From Vicugna vicugna (lineage: Eukaryota): a stretch of DNA of 64,000 nucleotides. This document shows positions 13,685-26,535 of the stretch, one piece after another. The translations under genes were made by a program, and so were the position numbers. Positions within the stretch are counted from its first letter, which is position 1; each line of letters starts with the position of its first letter. Where the stretch lies: the NCBI GenBank assembly GCA_013265495.1, contig MU058687.1, positions 4,276,093 to 4,340,092 on the forward strand, given 5' to 3'. The notes under the pieces were generated by a model, which made no database searches, was not told the DNA's origin, and was given only the letters and a program-made list of their open reading frames with translations.

Positions 13685-14539
13685 TACCCCTGACCCAACG
13701 TGATGATGTAAGCTTAATATTATTTTTAGTTAAGATTTATGTTCAGTTAAGATTTCAGTTAAGATTTACCTGGCACAGGGAAACTGCCTTGGACTTTAGT
13801 GTCAGGAAGTCTTGGTTCAAGTTTCAATTCCTTTACTGCTAGGTATGTGAACCTGGTCAGGTTAGTTGAATTTTAGTAATACTGCTTTTCATAGTCATAA
13901 AATAGGATAGTAATATATGTATATCTTTAGAGGGGTGACGTGTGGCATAATATGAAGTCTGGCGTACGCAAATTAGATAAACACAAAATACATGTGTGAG
14001 AAGTACATAACCAGGTTTTGACTCATAGAAAGCATTCATTAGATGTGGCTATTATTTTTAGAAGGAAGTATCAGTAATGTTAGTAATAAGACAAAATCAC
14101 CAAAAATGGAAAAGGAGAGAGTTTCATGTTCTGCAAAAGAAGTGTTGATTAAAAAGTCTTAGATTTAAATCTGCAGATGAGACTAAAGTCAAGTTGTTTT
14201 GAAATGATTTTGCCCACCAAACTGCATGTAATACGCGACGATTGCATTATCCTCCCATTAAGACACTTACTGTCAAATCAGTGACGTTTACTTGGACTGC
14301 TCTGCATGTGTTGCAGTAACAGCCCACCACTCATTTCTCCAAATTTCTGTGATGTCATTGGCAGTTTAAGAGAGCATCGGATCAGCATGTGCTAAAGAGC
14401 ACTCCTGTGCTGACTTTCCATAATTCTAGTTCAAAAGCAAAGAGGCTTGACAGTTTAGACAGTTAGTTTGGTCTTATTATCAATGCACATAAGATATATC
14501 TCAGGCTATCTGAAAACTGAATTTCGATTTCCAACTTCT

Positions 14540-14930
14540 ATTAGCTACGGTAAGCATTAACTATATAAACAGACCCCCAAATCTCAGCAAACTAGCCAAA
14601 AAGAAGAGTTTTGGTTTAGTTTTAGTTTTGCTCATTTACAAGTAGTCCAAGCAGCTAGGATGAGGGGAAAGGGAAGTGGGGTTCTGTTCCACGCAGTCAT
14701 GCAGGACCCAAGCTGACAGAGGCTCTGCCCTCCTCCACGTAGGGCTTCCAAGGTGGTCGTAGGTGACAGAAATACCTACAGTGGCAGACATCACTTTTGG
14801 TCACATTTCATTGACCTGAAGTTAGTCACAAGGTCTCACCCACTTGCAAAGGGAGCCGGGAAATACAGTCTCTGTCTGACATTGTTTTGTTGAACAGCTC
14901 AACCCTGTGGCAGTGAATGATCTCTGCCAC
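14540..14930 (-). mobile_element. MaLR LTR, MLT1J-like
   Basis: 'ccacgcagtcatgcaggacccaagctgacagaggctctgcc', 'catcacttttggtcacatttcattg', 'tgcaaagggagccgggaaatacagtc'. Confidence 0.7.
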
Positions 14931-16402
14931 GCCCTTATTACAGCAGTACCATTTTTCTCTCTCCTCTTCCTTAATCCCGACTGAAGACAAATACAAAGAA
15001 GGAAGATCACTGGATTGTATGTGCTTATTTAGAATCAGAACCTTATTTCACCTGTCATGGTGCCTCTAGTGCCTGACTCAGAGCTTAGCATGTATTCAGT
15101 ATGCAATAAGTATTCCTTGAGCCATCAGATGAACGCATACTCCCCACTGTCTTGCCTCCATCTGCCTTTCTTTCTCCTTTCCTTTCTTCCCTTGGAGCTC
15201 TTTCTCTCTCTCTCTTTTTCTGGTCCCAGACATTTCAGAGGCTGTATTTTCTGCTAGGCCCTCTGATAAGTGATGGGGCGTCAAAGACAAATTTAATCTT
15301 GGGGAAAAAGTGTATCAAAACAAGAATAAAGAGGAAGACGTTGATGTAGGGTATTAGTAAACATTCCAAAACTGTTGTTTTCATGAAAGTGTTTAACAGT
15401 CTTCAGAAGGACTGAAGCGTCCTCTTGAGCTCACCTGTCAGACATGGAAATGCCATTCTAGGAAGTTTACCCGCAGCTCCGTCTTTAACCTGTGCCCATG
15501 AGACCCTCGCCTTGACAGAATGCTGCCATTTGGGCCCAGACTGTGGGATCCTGCACAGGTGAGAACGCTTCTGCTTCGGGATGACAGCCCTCTCATGTTT
15601 TGCTGGGGATTGTAATGGAACCTGTGACCTATGTGTGGTAAAGTGGACCTTCTAGTGGTGGGGATTGTTTAGGTTTGTTTCTCACGGAGTTTCTAGTTTT
15701 CCTATATGGCTCTTGGTGTCTTTCTGGAATTTAATATGCTCCAATCCTACCTGCATCCCAGCTGTCTTCTTTCTGATGGTGATGGAGTGAGGGCTCTGGC
15801 CACCATAGGCACCAGCAGCTATGGTGTGGCACCACATGAGTCACATCACAGGTGTTACTTCTCTTACTCCTCCCATCAGCCCTGTCGGCTAAGTCTTACT
15901 GCACGTGTGTAGAGATCTGGGGGCTTATGTTCAGGTAGGTTCGGTGGATGGTCTGAGGTCATCTGTCTCAGAAAGGAACAGAGCTGGAGTCCAAACACAG
16001 ATGTGCCTGACCCAAAGCCTGTGCACCCAAACACTCCGGCTGATCATTTGCTTAGTCTGTTAAGGGTGAAAGGTTATTTTATCCTCTTTTTTCTAGAAAG
16101 AGAGATTTGCACAGATGTTCTAGTAACTTTTTCAAAATGTAGGATGAGGACTAAAACGTGAGTGTATGGGCACCTCTGCTTTTAGCCCAGCGTCCATGAA
16201 CCCCAGGGTGTTTCTGAATGTGCTATAGGAATTCCAGGGACCTTTTAAATTTAGGGTATTGGATTATCATGAAAATTGGGTCTATAGGTTATTAGATTTT
16301 CAAGGCCTATGACATCAGGAAGGTTAAATACCATGTTCTCTTTCCAGACATGCAAAGATATGCTTGTTTGATTACAGGCTAATTCTCTAATTCCAAAGAT
16401 AA

Positions 16403-17148
16403 TGATAAGGAGTAGATTACCCCCTCCCCCATGAGTGCGTCTTCACAGAAACTACACAGACTCAGAATATGAGTCAAAAAAATTTTTTTAATTAAGGTTT
16501 ATAGCAAACTCCTGGCCCCTGTGGAGCCTGGGAAGAAGACGGGCTTGGCATTAACAAAGAGGAGAGGAGGATTCACAGCTTCTTGCTATTCAGGCTCATT
16601 GGAGGAGGAGGTGCTGTGGGGGGCAGTTATTTCCTATCTGCATGTCCTGTGGGAACTGGGGACAGGTTCTCGCTGTGGTGGCCGAGAGCTCTGCTGAGGG
16701 TCTCAGGTGGTGTACCCGCAGCGCCTGGAATTGGAGGGACCTCCTGTTGCCTCTGGCTTCCTGGGAGATAGGACCTTCAGGTCCTTCTTGTTCGTGAGGT
16801 CAGCTGGGCATGGTCCTGACCTCTTGTTGCCTCTGGCTTCCTGGGAGATAGGACCTTCAGGCCCTTCTTGTTCGTGAGGTCAACTGGGCGTGGTCCTGGC
16901 TCTCGTTTCTTGGCATTCAGGAGGAGGCAGACCAGGGCTCAGCAGCCAGTAGTCCCCGGAGAGCCAGCCTTGCACTGATGTTTCAGAGTAGCGTTCATGC
17001 CTAAATTCCAGCCGCTCTGTACGGTCAACAATCAGCTCTCTAGCTTAGGTTCTGGTTAATTTAGGGAACAAAAGAATCATGATTCACCACAAAGTGTCGG
17101 ATGCAGGGGAGCCCAAGACCCCAAAGGAGATTTCCTGGGACCCTTAAT
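16403..17148 (-). mobile_element. Probable younger ERV solo LTR (family not recognised) with an internal 80-bp tandem duplication
   Basis: GC-richer island bounded by imperfect inverted termini tgataagg / ccttaata; flanks ataa/atca (possible 4-bp TSD, 1 mismatch); ATTAAA on the minus strand near 16487-16492. Confidence 0.6.
16738..16897. repeat. Tandem duplication, 2 x 80 bp, 76/80 identical
   Basis: 16738-16817 vs 16818-16897; four substitutions counted by eye. Confidence 0.95.
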
Positions 17149-17769
17149 AATCAAGAGAATTCGTTTTTCAGTTGATAGCAAGTTACTGAATTTGAGTGTC
17201 CAGCATTAGCTTTGCAGGTAAGCTGGGTGAAATGTGGACATTCAGTGTTTCTTAATATAGGACATACTTCCTGACATTTAAAAACTTACGGTTGGCCAAT
17301 ATAGTTAATACCAACCTGAGAACACCACAAAACTGGTCGTTAACAAATGCTAAATAGCATTTTGAGTTAGTACAGTTCAAAGGGGCAAAGTTTTAGAACA
17401 GCATTTTTCCTATTTCCAGGAACAATGAGTTTTCCTTTTCTTTGAAGGCATAGGGAAGTTCTCAGCAAGGTGTTACTTTTTCTACTTCTTACTTTCTTCC
17501 CAAACCACAATCTAATTTTCTTCATATTGCTCTTTATTGGAATCCATAAAGTTTTCCAAGATTATTCTCAGGCATACTTTTGTGAAGAACATTAAATCTT
17601 TATGAATCAGATTTTTAAAATATTTTGTAATGTAACTACACAACAGGCATAAGAAAGTACCTGGTAACATCACTGTTGCAAAAGCCAGATCCCTGAGGGA
17701 GCCTGCAGCTTAGTGAGAAGAACCACACACACGCCAGATTTGGAACCAGAAAAACAATGCTCATGTGGA

Positions 17770-17955
17770 TTGTCTGCCTATTGTCACTCATGTCACCTTG
17801 AACAAATCATTTAACTTCTCGACATGTGCTTTCTCATCTGTAAGACGGGGGGAGATACCTGATTTTGTAAGGCCCTTGGTTATGTCAGTCGGAATCACAC
17901 TTACGAAGGTACCTTAAAAATGGTGAAGTATGATGGAAATGTTAGTTTTATTATC
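17770..17955 (+). mobile_element. MIR SINE fragment
   Basis: 'tgtcaccttgaacaaatcatttaacttctc..ttctcatctgtaagacggg'. Confidence 0.7.
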
Positions 17956-18572
17956 TAGGTCATATTCAGAGATGCAGGAGGACTAGTTTATTTTTTCCAG
18001 TTTTAGAATCCGATTTTCACATAACAAATTTCACTTTTTATGATATTTAATGTGACAAGCAAAAGATTCTGTTCAAAAAAGAAGGATAAATAAGATTAAC
18101 TTCCTGTAAATCCTTTAAAAGTTTTATTATCCATCTTTTCATTGGAGAAATGTCTGAATGCATTTTCCTTCGTGGAGCCTCTTTCTGTAAGCACCCGTTG
18201 AGCAGCTGAGAGCAGTTTGCTTTCAGAGAAGCACTGTGCTGGGTGTGCAGTTTGAATCTGGGATCAGAATCTTACCATATTTTTCTGTTTTATTGCTTTA
18301 TTTCACCAGCTGCATCCTGGCTCCTGACACAATCTGTGGCTAGCCCTTTTGATGGTTTTTGGAATGACTGTCACTCCACTTCTGAATATTTCCCCAATAT
18401 TTTGCTGTTGCAGTGCAGGAGTTGCAATGATACTCATTCATTCACTCAACACACATTTAAAGAGTACATGCTCTGAGTACTGAGCTCGGAGAACCTAGTG
18501 AAATCACTGATACAGAAGACAAATCCCTGACCTGCAGTAGAGATATGACACACATGCCCCTTATACAACAAG

Positions 18573-19007
18573 TGTAGGGAGTTGAATGGTGCCCCCCCAA
18601 AAAAGATATGTCCCCCAGAACCCACGAATGTGAGTTTATTTGAAATAAGGATCTTTGCAGCTGTAATTAAATTAAGGATCTTGGGCTGAGAGCATCCTGA
18701 GTTATCTAGGTGGGCCCTAAATCCAATGAAGAGTGGCCTTCCTTCCATGAGAAACAGACACATGGAGACCATGTGAATATGGAAGCAGAGATTGAAAATA
18801 GTGCAACTATAAGAAATGCTGATGGACACCAGACATGTGAAAAGGCAAAGATCAGAGTGCCCCCTGGAGCCTTCAGAGGGAGAGTGGCTCTGCTGGCTTC
18901 TTGATTTTAGACTTCTGGTCTCCAGAACCGCAAGAAAATAAATTTGTGTCATTTTAAGCCACCAAATTTGCGGCAATTGATCATGGCTGCCCTGGGAGTC
19001 TAATACA
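18573..19007 (+). mobile_element. MaLR LTR, MLT1C-like solo LTR, next to an antisense L2 fragment (18432-18560)
   Basis: 'tgtagggagttgaatggtgcccccccaaaa..', 'ggtgggccctaaatccaatga', 'gagccttcagagggag', 'gacttctggtctccagaac..aataaatttgtgtcattttaagccacc..ctaataca'. Confidence 0.9.
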
Positions 19008-19944
19008 ATCAGGAACAGGATAGTCTCTACAATATGTAAGATGATGCAAGATGACAAGAGTTCACTTCTTATTGGAAGGATGGTCTTTATAATCAGGCCA
19101 GAAGCACTGAATTATGAAAACATCATTGGTACCATCAGTTATATTTGCAATAATAACATTGCAAATAACAAAGCTGAGTACAAATTATTTCCTATAACTT
19201 TAGTTTTATGTCAACATCCAGTGTTTAAGTTGCTATCTCATGAAACAAATGCCAGTGTCTAATGGAACAGTGTTCTTCAGACAGGAGAACTCCCTGCCCA
19301 CATCGAGCTGCGACATAACAGAATAACAGACATAACTGATCTCTGTGTTCTCATGGCCTCTTCCTAACTTATCAGACAAGAAGTGTGTGTAAACTTGAGA
19401 TAGCTCATGCGGACACAGTTCTAACACTACTGAAAGCTCACAGAAGGGCAGATCCTACCTTACAGATCCTATGGATGCGATTAGAGAGAGTAGGTCAACA
19501 AATCTGGATGAAGTGGCATCTCAACTCATAAGCCAAAAAAAAAATCAAAATTATCTTTAGGCACCCATAATTTTCATCTCATAGGTTAGGGCATTTTGGA
19601 GCAAAGTGAGTGTTGTTTGTTGGTGCTGCTTATAGGATTTGAGTGGTGATGTCAGCTAATCAATTATTGAAGCCACTGAGGCAGCACCATTCTCCTTAAT
19701 CAACATATGGCCACTGTTCCCTTTTGTTCCCAAAATAGCTGAGAGTAAGGCACTAACTTTAATGAGCAGTGCAGGTAACTTTTATGTACCATGAAAGTGT
19801 CAAATAATAACATTTACATTCATTAGTTTTGACTGGCTTAGTTGATGGTGACTCCAGAGGATAACCCAGTGACAGAAGATTTCTGGCCCCAGAAGATACA
19901 GGGCAGGGGGGTTTTGTGGGGGGGCTGCCCTATCTGTGTTAATA

Positions 19945-20185
19945 TTAATACAACAGCACTAATGGCAACTTCTAGGTTGTGCCGGGGCAAATGTTTCCCA
20001 TGTACTTACTCCTCCAGTCTTTGTAACAATCAGGAAGTAGGTATATGATATTGTCCATATTTATTTCACTAATGAGATAACCGAAGCGTAGAGTGTTAAG
20101 CCTTTTGTTCAGGGTCAGACTCTAGACGTGGGCAGAGCCAGGATTTGAGCCCAGGCAGGATGGTTCTGGCATCTGTACTCTTAGG
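19945..20185 (-). mobile_element. MIR SINE
   Basis: 'gtgggcagagccaggatttgagcccaggcag' plus upstream antisense MIR body. Confidence 0.75.
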
Positions 20186-20794
20186 CAGTACTGTTGAGTA
20201 GAGGTGATCTGCTGAAGAATTCGTAAGTGTCTGGAATATGAGTCGTGTCTCCAGTGATCTCAGGGAACTGACTGTAAATCCATGGAATGAGAAATGAGTA
20301 TCCCACGCTTCCTTGTCTTGAAGCTGAGGGACCATCTCTCAAGGGTTAACCGAATAATCAGGCAGAATGAGAGATTCATTACATTTGCCTCAAAGGAACA
20401 CAGATGGACGCTCTTCAAACAGAGATTCACATTGAATTTTAATGGTGCTCTTCTGCAGAACACACTTTTGCAAGACAGATCATAGCATATTCATGCTTTC
20501 CTTTAGCTTGCCAAATGTGAGAAGATTAAGAAACCTGCTTGTACTTTAGATATTCTCACCATATAGATGCATATTTCAAATGTATATGTCTGCAATAAAT
20601 ATTTGTTGAATGAATATGAATGTCTACACACAAACATATATGAAGCAACATGAACACATACATTTAACTTGACAAATATTTGTTGCATACTTACTGAATA
20701 TAAACTTGGACTGAAGAGTGGTGGGAATCACAGATTTATCTTCTGCTCCAAGGAGCTTTTCAAGGGAGGTGAGACATGCTTACCGTTTTTTTGG

Positions 20795-20982
20795 CAGTGG
20801 TTCTCAAAGTGTGGTCTCTGGCCAGCAGTAGTGACATCACTGGGGGGCTTGTCAGAAATGCAACTTTTTTCACCCCACCAAAGACCTCCTGAATCAGAAC
20901 ACTGTGGATGGGGGTCCAGCCGTTTATGTTTCTAGATGTCCTCCAGGGGAGTCTAATGCATGTTAAAGTGTCAGAACCACTG
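20795..20982 (+). mobile_element. hAT-Charlie MITE MER5A
   Basis: TIRs cagtggttct..agaaccactg; body 'gcttgtcagaaatgcaa', 'gacctcctgaatcagaacact'. Confidence 0.9.
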
Positions 20983-21559
20983 GGCTGCAGGGAAGCTTTA
21001 ATGTGCTAAGGGTAGCTAGAGATTACTTTTGGCTGGTGACATTTGGAGGGCTTGGAAAAAGAAGGTGATATCTGAGCAGAATCGTGGAGGACAAGTAGAT
21101 TTTGGCTGATGATGATTTTGATGATGGCAAGAGAGGGAATAAAATCAAAGAGAAGAGCATGAGTCAAAATTAGCTTCTTTGGGTCAGAGAGCAGGTTGGC
21201 TATGGCTGAAAACCTGGATGGAAGTCGGGTCATGGAAGACTCTGAACGACTTGCATGAGTTTAGACGTTATTCTGAAAGCAATGGGGATTCATTGATGGA
21301 TTGAAGGTTCCTAAGTGGTGCCTGAGTGGGGGCCCGACGTGTGATCCCAGCTACTTTCCTTTTTTTTAGTACCCAGTGAATGTAATTCAGCGGATGTACT
21401 GAGCTAATAGAAATTCAGTTTTAACTCAGTCTTTTTTCTCCCGTTAAGAACACTTAAACACTAAGAATTATTTCTGCGTCCTGGCTGGAGCCACGACAAT
21501 CTCAGTTCTTTCTTGACTGCTTTGACATATGCAACTTAGTTTCAGTAACTCGGCAATGC

Positions 21560-21615
21560 CCGCGGCGCCTCTGTGTGTGCGCGTGCGCATTAATACGCGC
21601 GCTCACACGTGCACT
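21560..21615. promoter_or_regulatory. CpG-rich patch with an NRF1 consensus (21578-21589) and a CACGTG E-box (21606-21611)
   Basis: tgcgcgtgcgca, whose reverse complement TGCGCACGCGCA fits YGCGCAYGCGCR; motif match only. Confidence 0.4.
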
Positions 21616-22916
21616 CTTTGCGTATAGGGAGGCACACAGCTGCTTTTGAATTCAGCTGGGCTTTAGGAAGCTGCATAAAGACAAAGAAAAATGTTGCTGC
21701 CTGCTTGTGCTTTTTTGTTCTTTGGCAATCAGAAGGGTGACTGTGCTCTGAAGTGGTGCAGGTGGCCTCTTCCCATACTAATTTCAGCATCTCAACCAGC
21801 ATCACAAGAGAGTTCTCTGGAAGGGAAATAATTCTGTCCCCATCCGTGATTACTTCCATTTGTCCGGTATTGTGGGCACCTGCTTGGCCACCCACCTTCC
21901 TTTTCTTCATTATGCACTTACGTCATCTTTCTCCTTCCGTGGGTCAATCTGTGTATTTCAATCCCTCCACACCCTGGATGAGCTCATTCATTCACTGGCT
22001 TTCTCCTTGCTGTCCTCACTGTGCCTTCTTTTGTTGGCATAATTGATCCTCTGCTTCACAGGAGCAGGTGGATGAATTGGTTTACTGCTTTAAAAAAATC
22101 TTTCCTCTTCTCTCCTTTATTGCACCAATCTTTAGTCAGTCTTTGGTTTAGCCAGTTTGTTCTCCCTCTGTAGACTAATCTCTTTGTGTATCCGTCATGC
22201 TGGCGGTGAGGGAGTCCACACTTGGGTCTGCTGCTGAGCGAGGCAGGTGAGAGTCCACTGACAAATTAGCTGCGATTCACAACGTTCACGTTGGGGAGGG
22301 ACTGAGTCACAAAGGCCAGAAGTACTGATGATCATGCACCTTAACTGCAGAAAGGCCCTTTTATTTTAGTCCCCACTGGGACCATTTCATCTATCCTTCG
22401 CACATTTCTAATGGAATTACAGGATTTGATGGCAAAATTGTTACATCTTTTTAGGCACATCTCACCTAACACTCCAGGATCTTTGCTACACACATTTGTT
22501 TTCCTTTTTGAGGTTGTGGATTTACTTAGTTCAGGGCTTTAAAAGTCCTTTATCCAGTCTAGTTTTAAGTGATCCACATACTAGGCTTCTTTTCTATCCT
22601 TTGAGGAGACTTTTAGAATATAGCCAATTGTGTGGCACTGCCTACTTATCTCACTGTTAATTACTGTGAAGTCATACAAGGTCTCCAAGGCCATTTGGTG
22701 TCCACTAGAGATAATAATAATATCAGCTAAATGTGATGATTAATTATTACATTATTTTATAATTCCAATAATTTAAGCAAAGTGTTCTCTAATATATTCA
22801 GTTCAGCATCTATGCTGAAGGTTCCATGTTGGATGCTCTGAAGTTAATAAAGGTGAATGGAATGTGACTACTAACTTCTAGGGGTTGAGAGCTATGTGAG
22901 GAAGAGAGATGGACAG

Positions 22917-23040
22917 AATATATATATAAATAAAATTTGTAAATATATATTTAATGTATGTATAGAGTGTGTGTGTGTATATATACATATGTATATATAC
23001 ATATATATGTATATATACACACACACACATATATATATAA
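22917..23040. repeat. Compound (TA)/(TG)/(CA) microsatellite
   Basis: Directly visible. Confidence 0.9.
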
Positions 23041-23298
23041 AATCTACAAAAGCCCCCCCAGAGGAAATAATGCAGAATGGAGGCTATTGATGAGTAGAGA
23101 AGACGAGAAAGGACATTGCAGCAGAGTGAAGGGCGTGGGAATGGAAGAATCTACGGCGTGTCTCTGAGTGCTGCAGAGTCCGGAGGGGCCAGTGACTATG
23201 AGAGGTGGTAGAGTGCCATTTGGGAAGGTAGATTGGGGAAGGAAAGGCAATGCAGGATTTAATTTTGTAAGCAGTGAGGAACCATTCATGATTTTGAG

Positions 23299-23524
23299 CA
23301 GAGGTTGGCAAACTATGGCCCATGGACCAAATCCAGCCCACTGTCGTTTTTGTAAATAAAGTTTTATTTGAGCACAGCCATACTCGTTCCCTGATATGTT
23401 TACTGTCCGTGGCACTTTCATGCACCAATGGCAGCACTGAATACTTGTGTGACAAGAGACCAGCTAGCTGCAAAGCTGAACACATTTGCCATCTGGCCCG
23501 TTAGAGAGATCTTGCTGACCCCTG
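23299..23524 (+). mobile_element. hAT-Charlie MITE MER58A
   Basis: 'cagaggttggcaaactatggccc..ccaaatccagccc..tttttgtaaataaagttttatt..cacagcca' ... 'ttgctgacccctg'. Confidence 0.9.
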
Positions 23525-24847
23525 TTTCACTTTCTTAAATTACAGCATTGTGTTGTGCCAGGATGGGCAGTCTGTGGTCATAATGGACAGTCGTTGAAAA
23601 CATGGATGCTTCTTAGAGCAGCAGTGTTGTGCTTAGAGGCTTAAATATTTGAATGAATGAGTAGGTGAATGTGTATTTCTGTTAAGGTGTCATGGTAACA
23701 GTGGGAGGTTTTGCTTTCTTTTTTTGGACAGAAGACCAGTGTGAAAGTAGTCAGAGGACCATGTTCCTTTTGGACCATGTTCTGTTTTTATGGGGAAAGG
23801 CATCTGAAAACTTCTGGGTAAGTTTGTCAACAGAAGTGATTCACAGAGGATGAGGCTACAGTTATGAGAAAGGCTACTTTGGAGAATTGTTGGATAAAAT
23901 ACCCAGTGAGATGCAGCCTAAGGTGACACTGAGACAGAGAGACTCTTGCTGGACTTCGGCCACGACAGTTCTCAAACATTCCAGGCAGCCCTACCTCTGC
24001 TCACATTAACTTCCCACCTTCTCTCTGTCCTTGCCAGCACCCAGTCCTCAAACACTGCACATTTCTCACAAATAGTGCACGCAGAACTTCCTTCTATCAA
24101 TTATTTACCAGTCGTGGATGAGGATGGAGGGAGGAAGACCTAATTAACCCAGGGTGGTTTAATACGTGCACATTCCTGGTTTGGTTTGGTTTCAGCAGCA
24201 GCAGCATCTTTGGCTCTCAATGGATGGCATACACTTTATTAGTTTACACTTAGTGATCTTTTAAAAGTAATTTCTGCCTGGTAAACGCAAAAGTTATGGC
24301 CTTTACCTCGCTTAATGGGCTTTGCCAGTTTTCAGTGGTGGAGACTATGTTCTGCCTTTCTTTGACGCAGCAGTGGGACCAAGAGGTCCCATTTAAGGAG
24401 CCTCCCTGGTGTGTGAAAGGAGCACCTGTCTTTCCTCCCTCCCTCCCTCCCTCCTCTCCTCCTTTTTAATAATTATAGTACTTTATTAAGTACTTAGAAG
24501 TTAGACTTTAGAGCGCTCCCAAGCTAATTGGCACCCCTTGTTCAGAACTGGAGACTCAGTTGAGAAAATTCAGAGATGTTTAGGTATCTGCATAAGGGCA
24601 TGTAAAAATCTAGCCTTTATTTTAAACAGGGCCCTTGAAGAAAGGTTCAAACATGGCCAGACTTCCCCAGGGAGCCTGCAGCTATGGCGAGGAGAGCTCC
24701 CCAGGGCCAGTGAGGGTATGAGTTGTGTTGGCCCTTTACTGGATTTTATCTTCAAGGGGCAAGAACCAGAAAGGAAAGGTGACAGGAACTACTCACATAA
24801 AGCAGAGATGCAGAAACACCTTCAGGTAGCACTGTTGAAAGCACACT

Positions 24848-24871
24848 TGTGTGTGTGTGTGTGTGTGTGTG
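24848..24871. repeat. (TG)12 microsatellite
   Basis: Directly visible. Confidence 0.95.
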
Positions 24872-26369
24872 TACGGCTGGTATATCGTGCTGTGGGTTAC
24901 GTTCTGTGGAGTCATAGTTTCTCCCTCTTCAGTTTCCTCCATATTCTGTCTCTCAGATCTTGCTAACAAGTGACGTTGCCCTCCTGTTTTTGTAAGCGCA
25001 TTGTCCTGATTGAATGTAATTGGAATGCTTGGTAATTATATAACAACTTCAGTGCTTTTGCCTGTTCTTTTCTCGTGGAATTTCAGGGGAACGTCTTGGT
25101 CTAGTGTCGGTGTCCTCAACGACATTACTGAGGAAAGATGTGAGATAGCTTAGCCATGTTTGAAAACAATTTTTTAAAATTAGGGTAAGTTCCCCAAACT
25201 CTCGGGCTCCCTGCAGGGAGACCTCTGACTTTGTCTGAGAGCACATCCTGTCTGCTCAGCATCGTCAGCGTTGTCAGCATCGTCCCTCCGTAGGGACCCA
25301 GAGAAAGGCGGTGAGACCTTTCCCTCTAGAAAATACAATTCAAAAGTAAGACAGGATGAAGCCACTTTGGGAGTGCGGGGTTAGGAGGGCGGTTACCCCT
25401 TTGCAGCAACTTCTTTTACCCTTTGTTTTGGGAAACTAGGGAAGAGAGAGAAGAAACAAAGAGGGAGCAGAAGGGGGAAGGGAGTGCATGAGGAGGTGCA
25501 GGGAACTGAGAAACCCGTCTGATGCCCCTGGTGATGCCCGACCCCAAATAGAAGAACGGGCTCCTCCTTCTGCTGGAGGCCGTTTCACCTGGGAAGATTT
25601 TACTCACCCGTATCACATTTATCAGCTGGGAAGCGTGACGTCTGCCACAGGGCACGTGGTAGAAATTCCCTTGAAGGTGCTGGTTTGCTTGTGTGGGCCT
25701 CGGGGGGTCAGAGGTGCCCCAGCAGCCCAGGCCACCTTTTTCTTCTGGGACTTTGCAGTCTTTTTAGTATTTGGCACACGGGAGCTGGGAGACTGAAGGG
25801 TTATTATGCTTTATGGATGCCCATCATTTTAAGGGAATATTCAGTCTTACAGAATTGATGCAACACGTTCACAGTTATGAGAACAAAGAGGAGATTTTAG
25901 CTGATGCAGTACCATTTTGCATCTCATATAAATGGATACTGCTTAGTACAGTCATTTTTGTGAACCTAAAGTAAAAAACCCTGAGATTTCCCTATAAAAG
26001 TACCAATGCTTTACATTGTATTTTGAAAAGGAAATACCTCAAGTTCTTTTCTACCTTGATTTAGAACTATAGACCTGTAATCTTCTTTTTTACATTTAAG
26101 GAAGGGAAATCATTCCTTCGAACGAGCCAAGGTGGAACTTTTGTCTGTAATTCCCTTCTGTTCAGACCTGTCTTTTCCTCTCCCTCTTGTCTTTAAGGGG
26201 CTATGGGAAACCAACTAGAAATATTGTTTTCTCAATAACTGCCAGTATCTGTTTTTCACTGTGACTTCCTCCAACTAAATTGGTGAACTACTTTGTCTCC
26301 TTCCTTCTAAAAACAGCTATGATAACGGCAATGAACACCTCTGAACACGTGGTCTGCCCCCGCTTCCGT

Positions 26370-26535
26370 GCTTAGCTCTCTGAGTGGTTTAACATTTCAC
26401 CTTCATCATCACAACAACCCCGGGAGTGAGCGCTTTTCGCGTCCCCATCGTTGCAGATGGGGAAACTGAGGCTTCCAGCAGGTACTTGGCCCGTGGCTGA
26501 GATCTCAGGAGCCAGAACGCCTGGGTTTGAAGCCT
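26370..26535 (-). mobile_element. MIR SINE
   Basis: 'cacaacaacccc..ccccatcgttgcagatggggaaactgaggc'. Confidence 0.8.

Noticed and set aside
13727..13770. Three copies of agttaagattt (similar micro-duplications at ~23756, ~25257, ~41078 and ~47320)
   Set aside because: Ordinary replication-slippage duplications with no shared structure
16738..16897. Repeat considered as a CRISPR-like array
   Set aside because: Only two contiguous units with no spacers, in a mammalian context
18446..19057. Longest ORF (203 aa, minus strand)
   Set aside because: It is the antisense reading of an MLT1C-like LTR plus L2 flank; no recognisable domain
23044..23504. Overlapping 125-133 aa ORFs
   Set aside because: They overlap MER58A and degenerate repeat sequence; no coding signature
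24538..24966. 142-aa ORF
   Set aside because: Non-ATG start, runs through the (TG)n repeat, no recognisable homology
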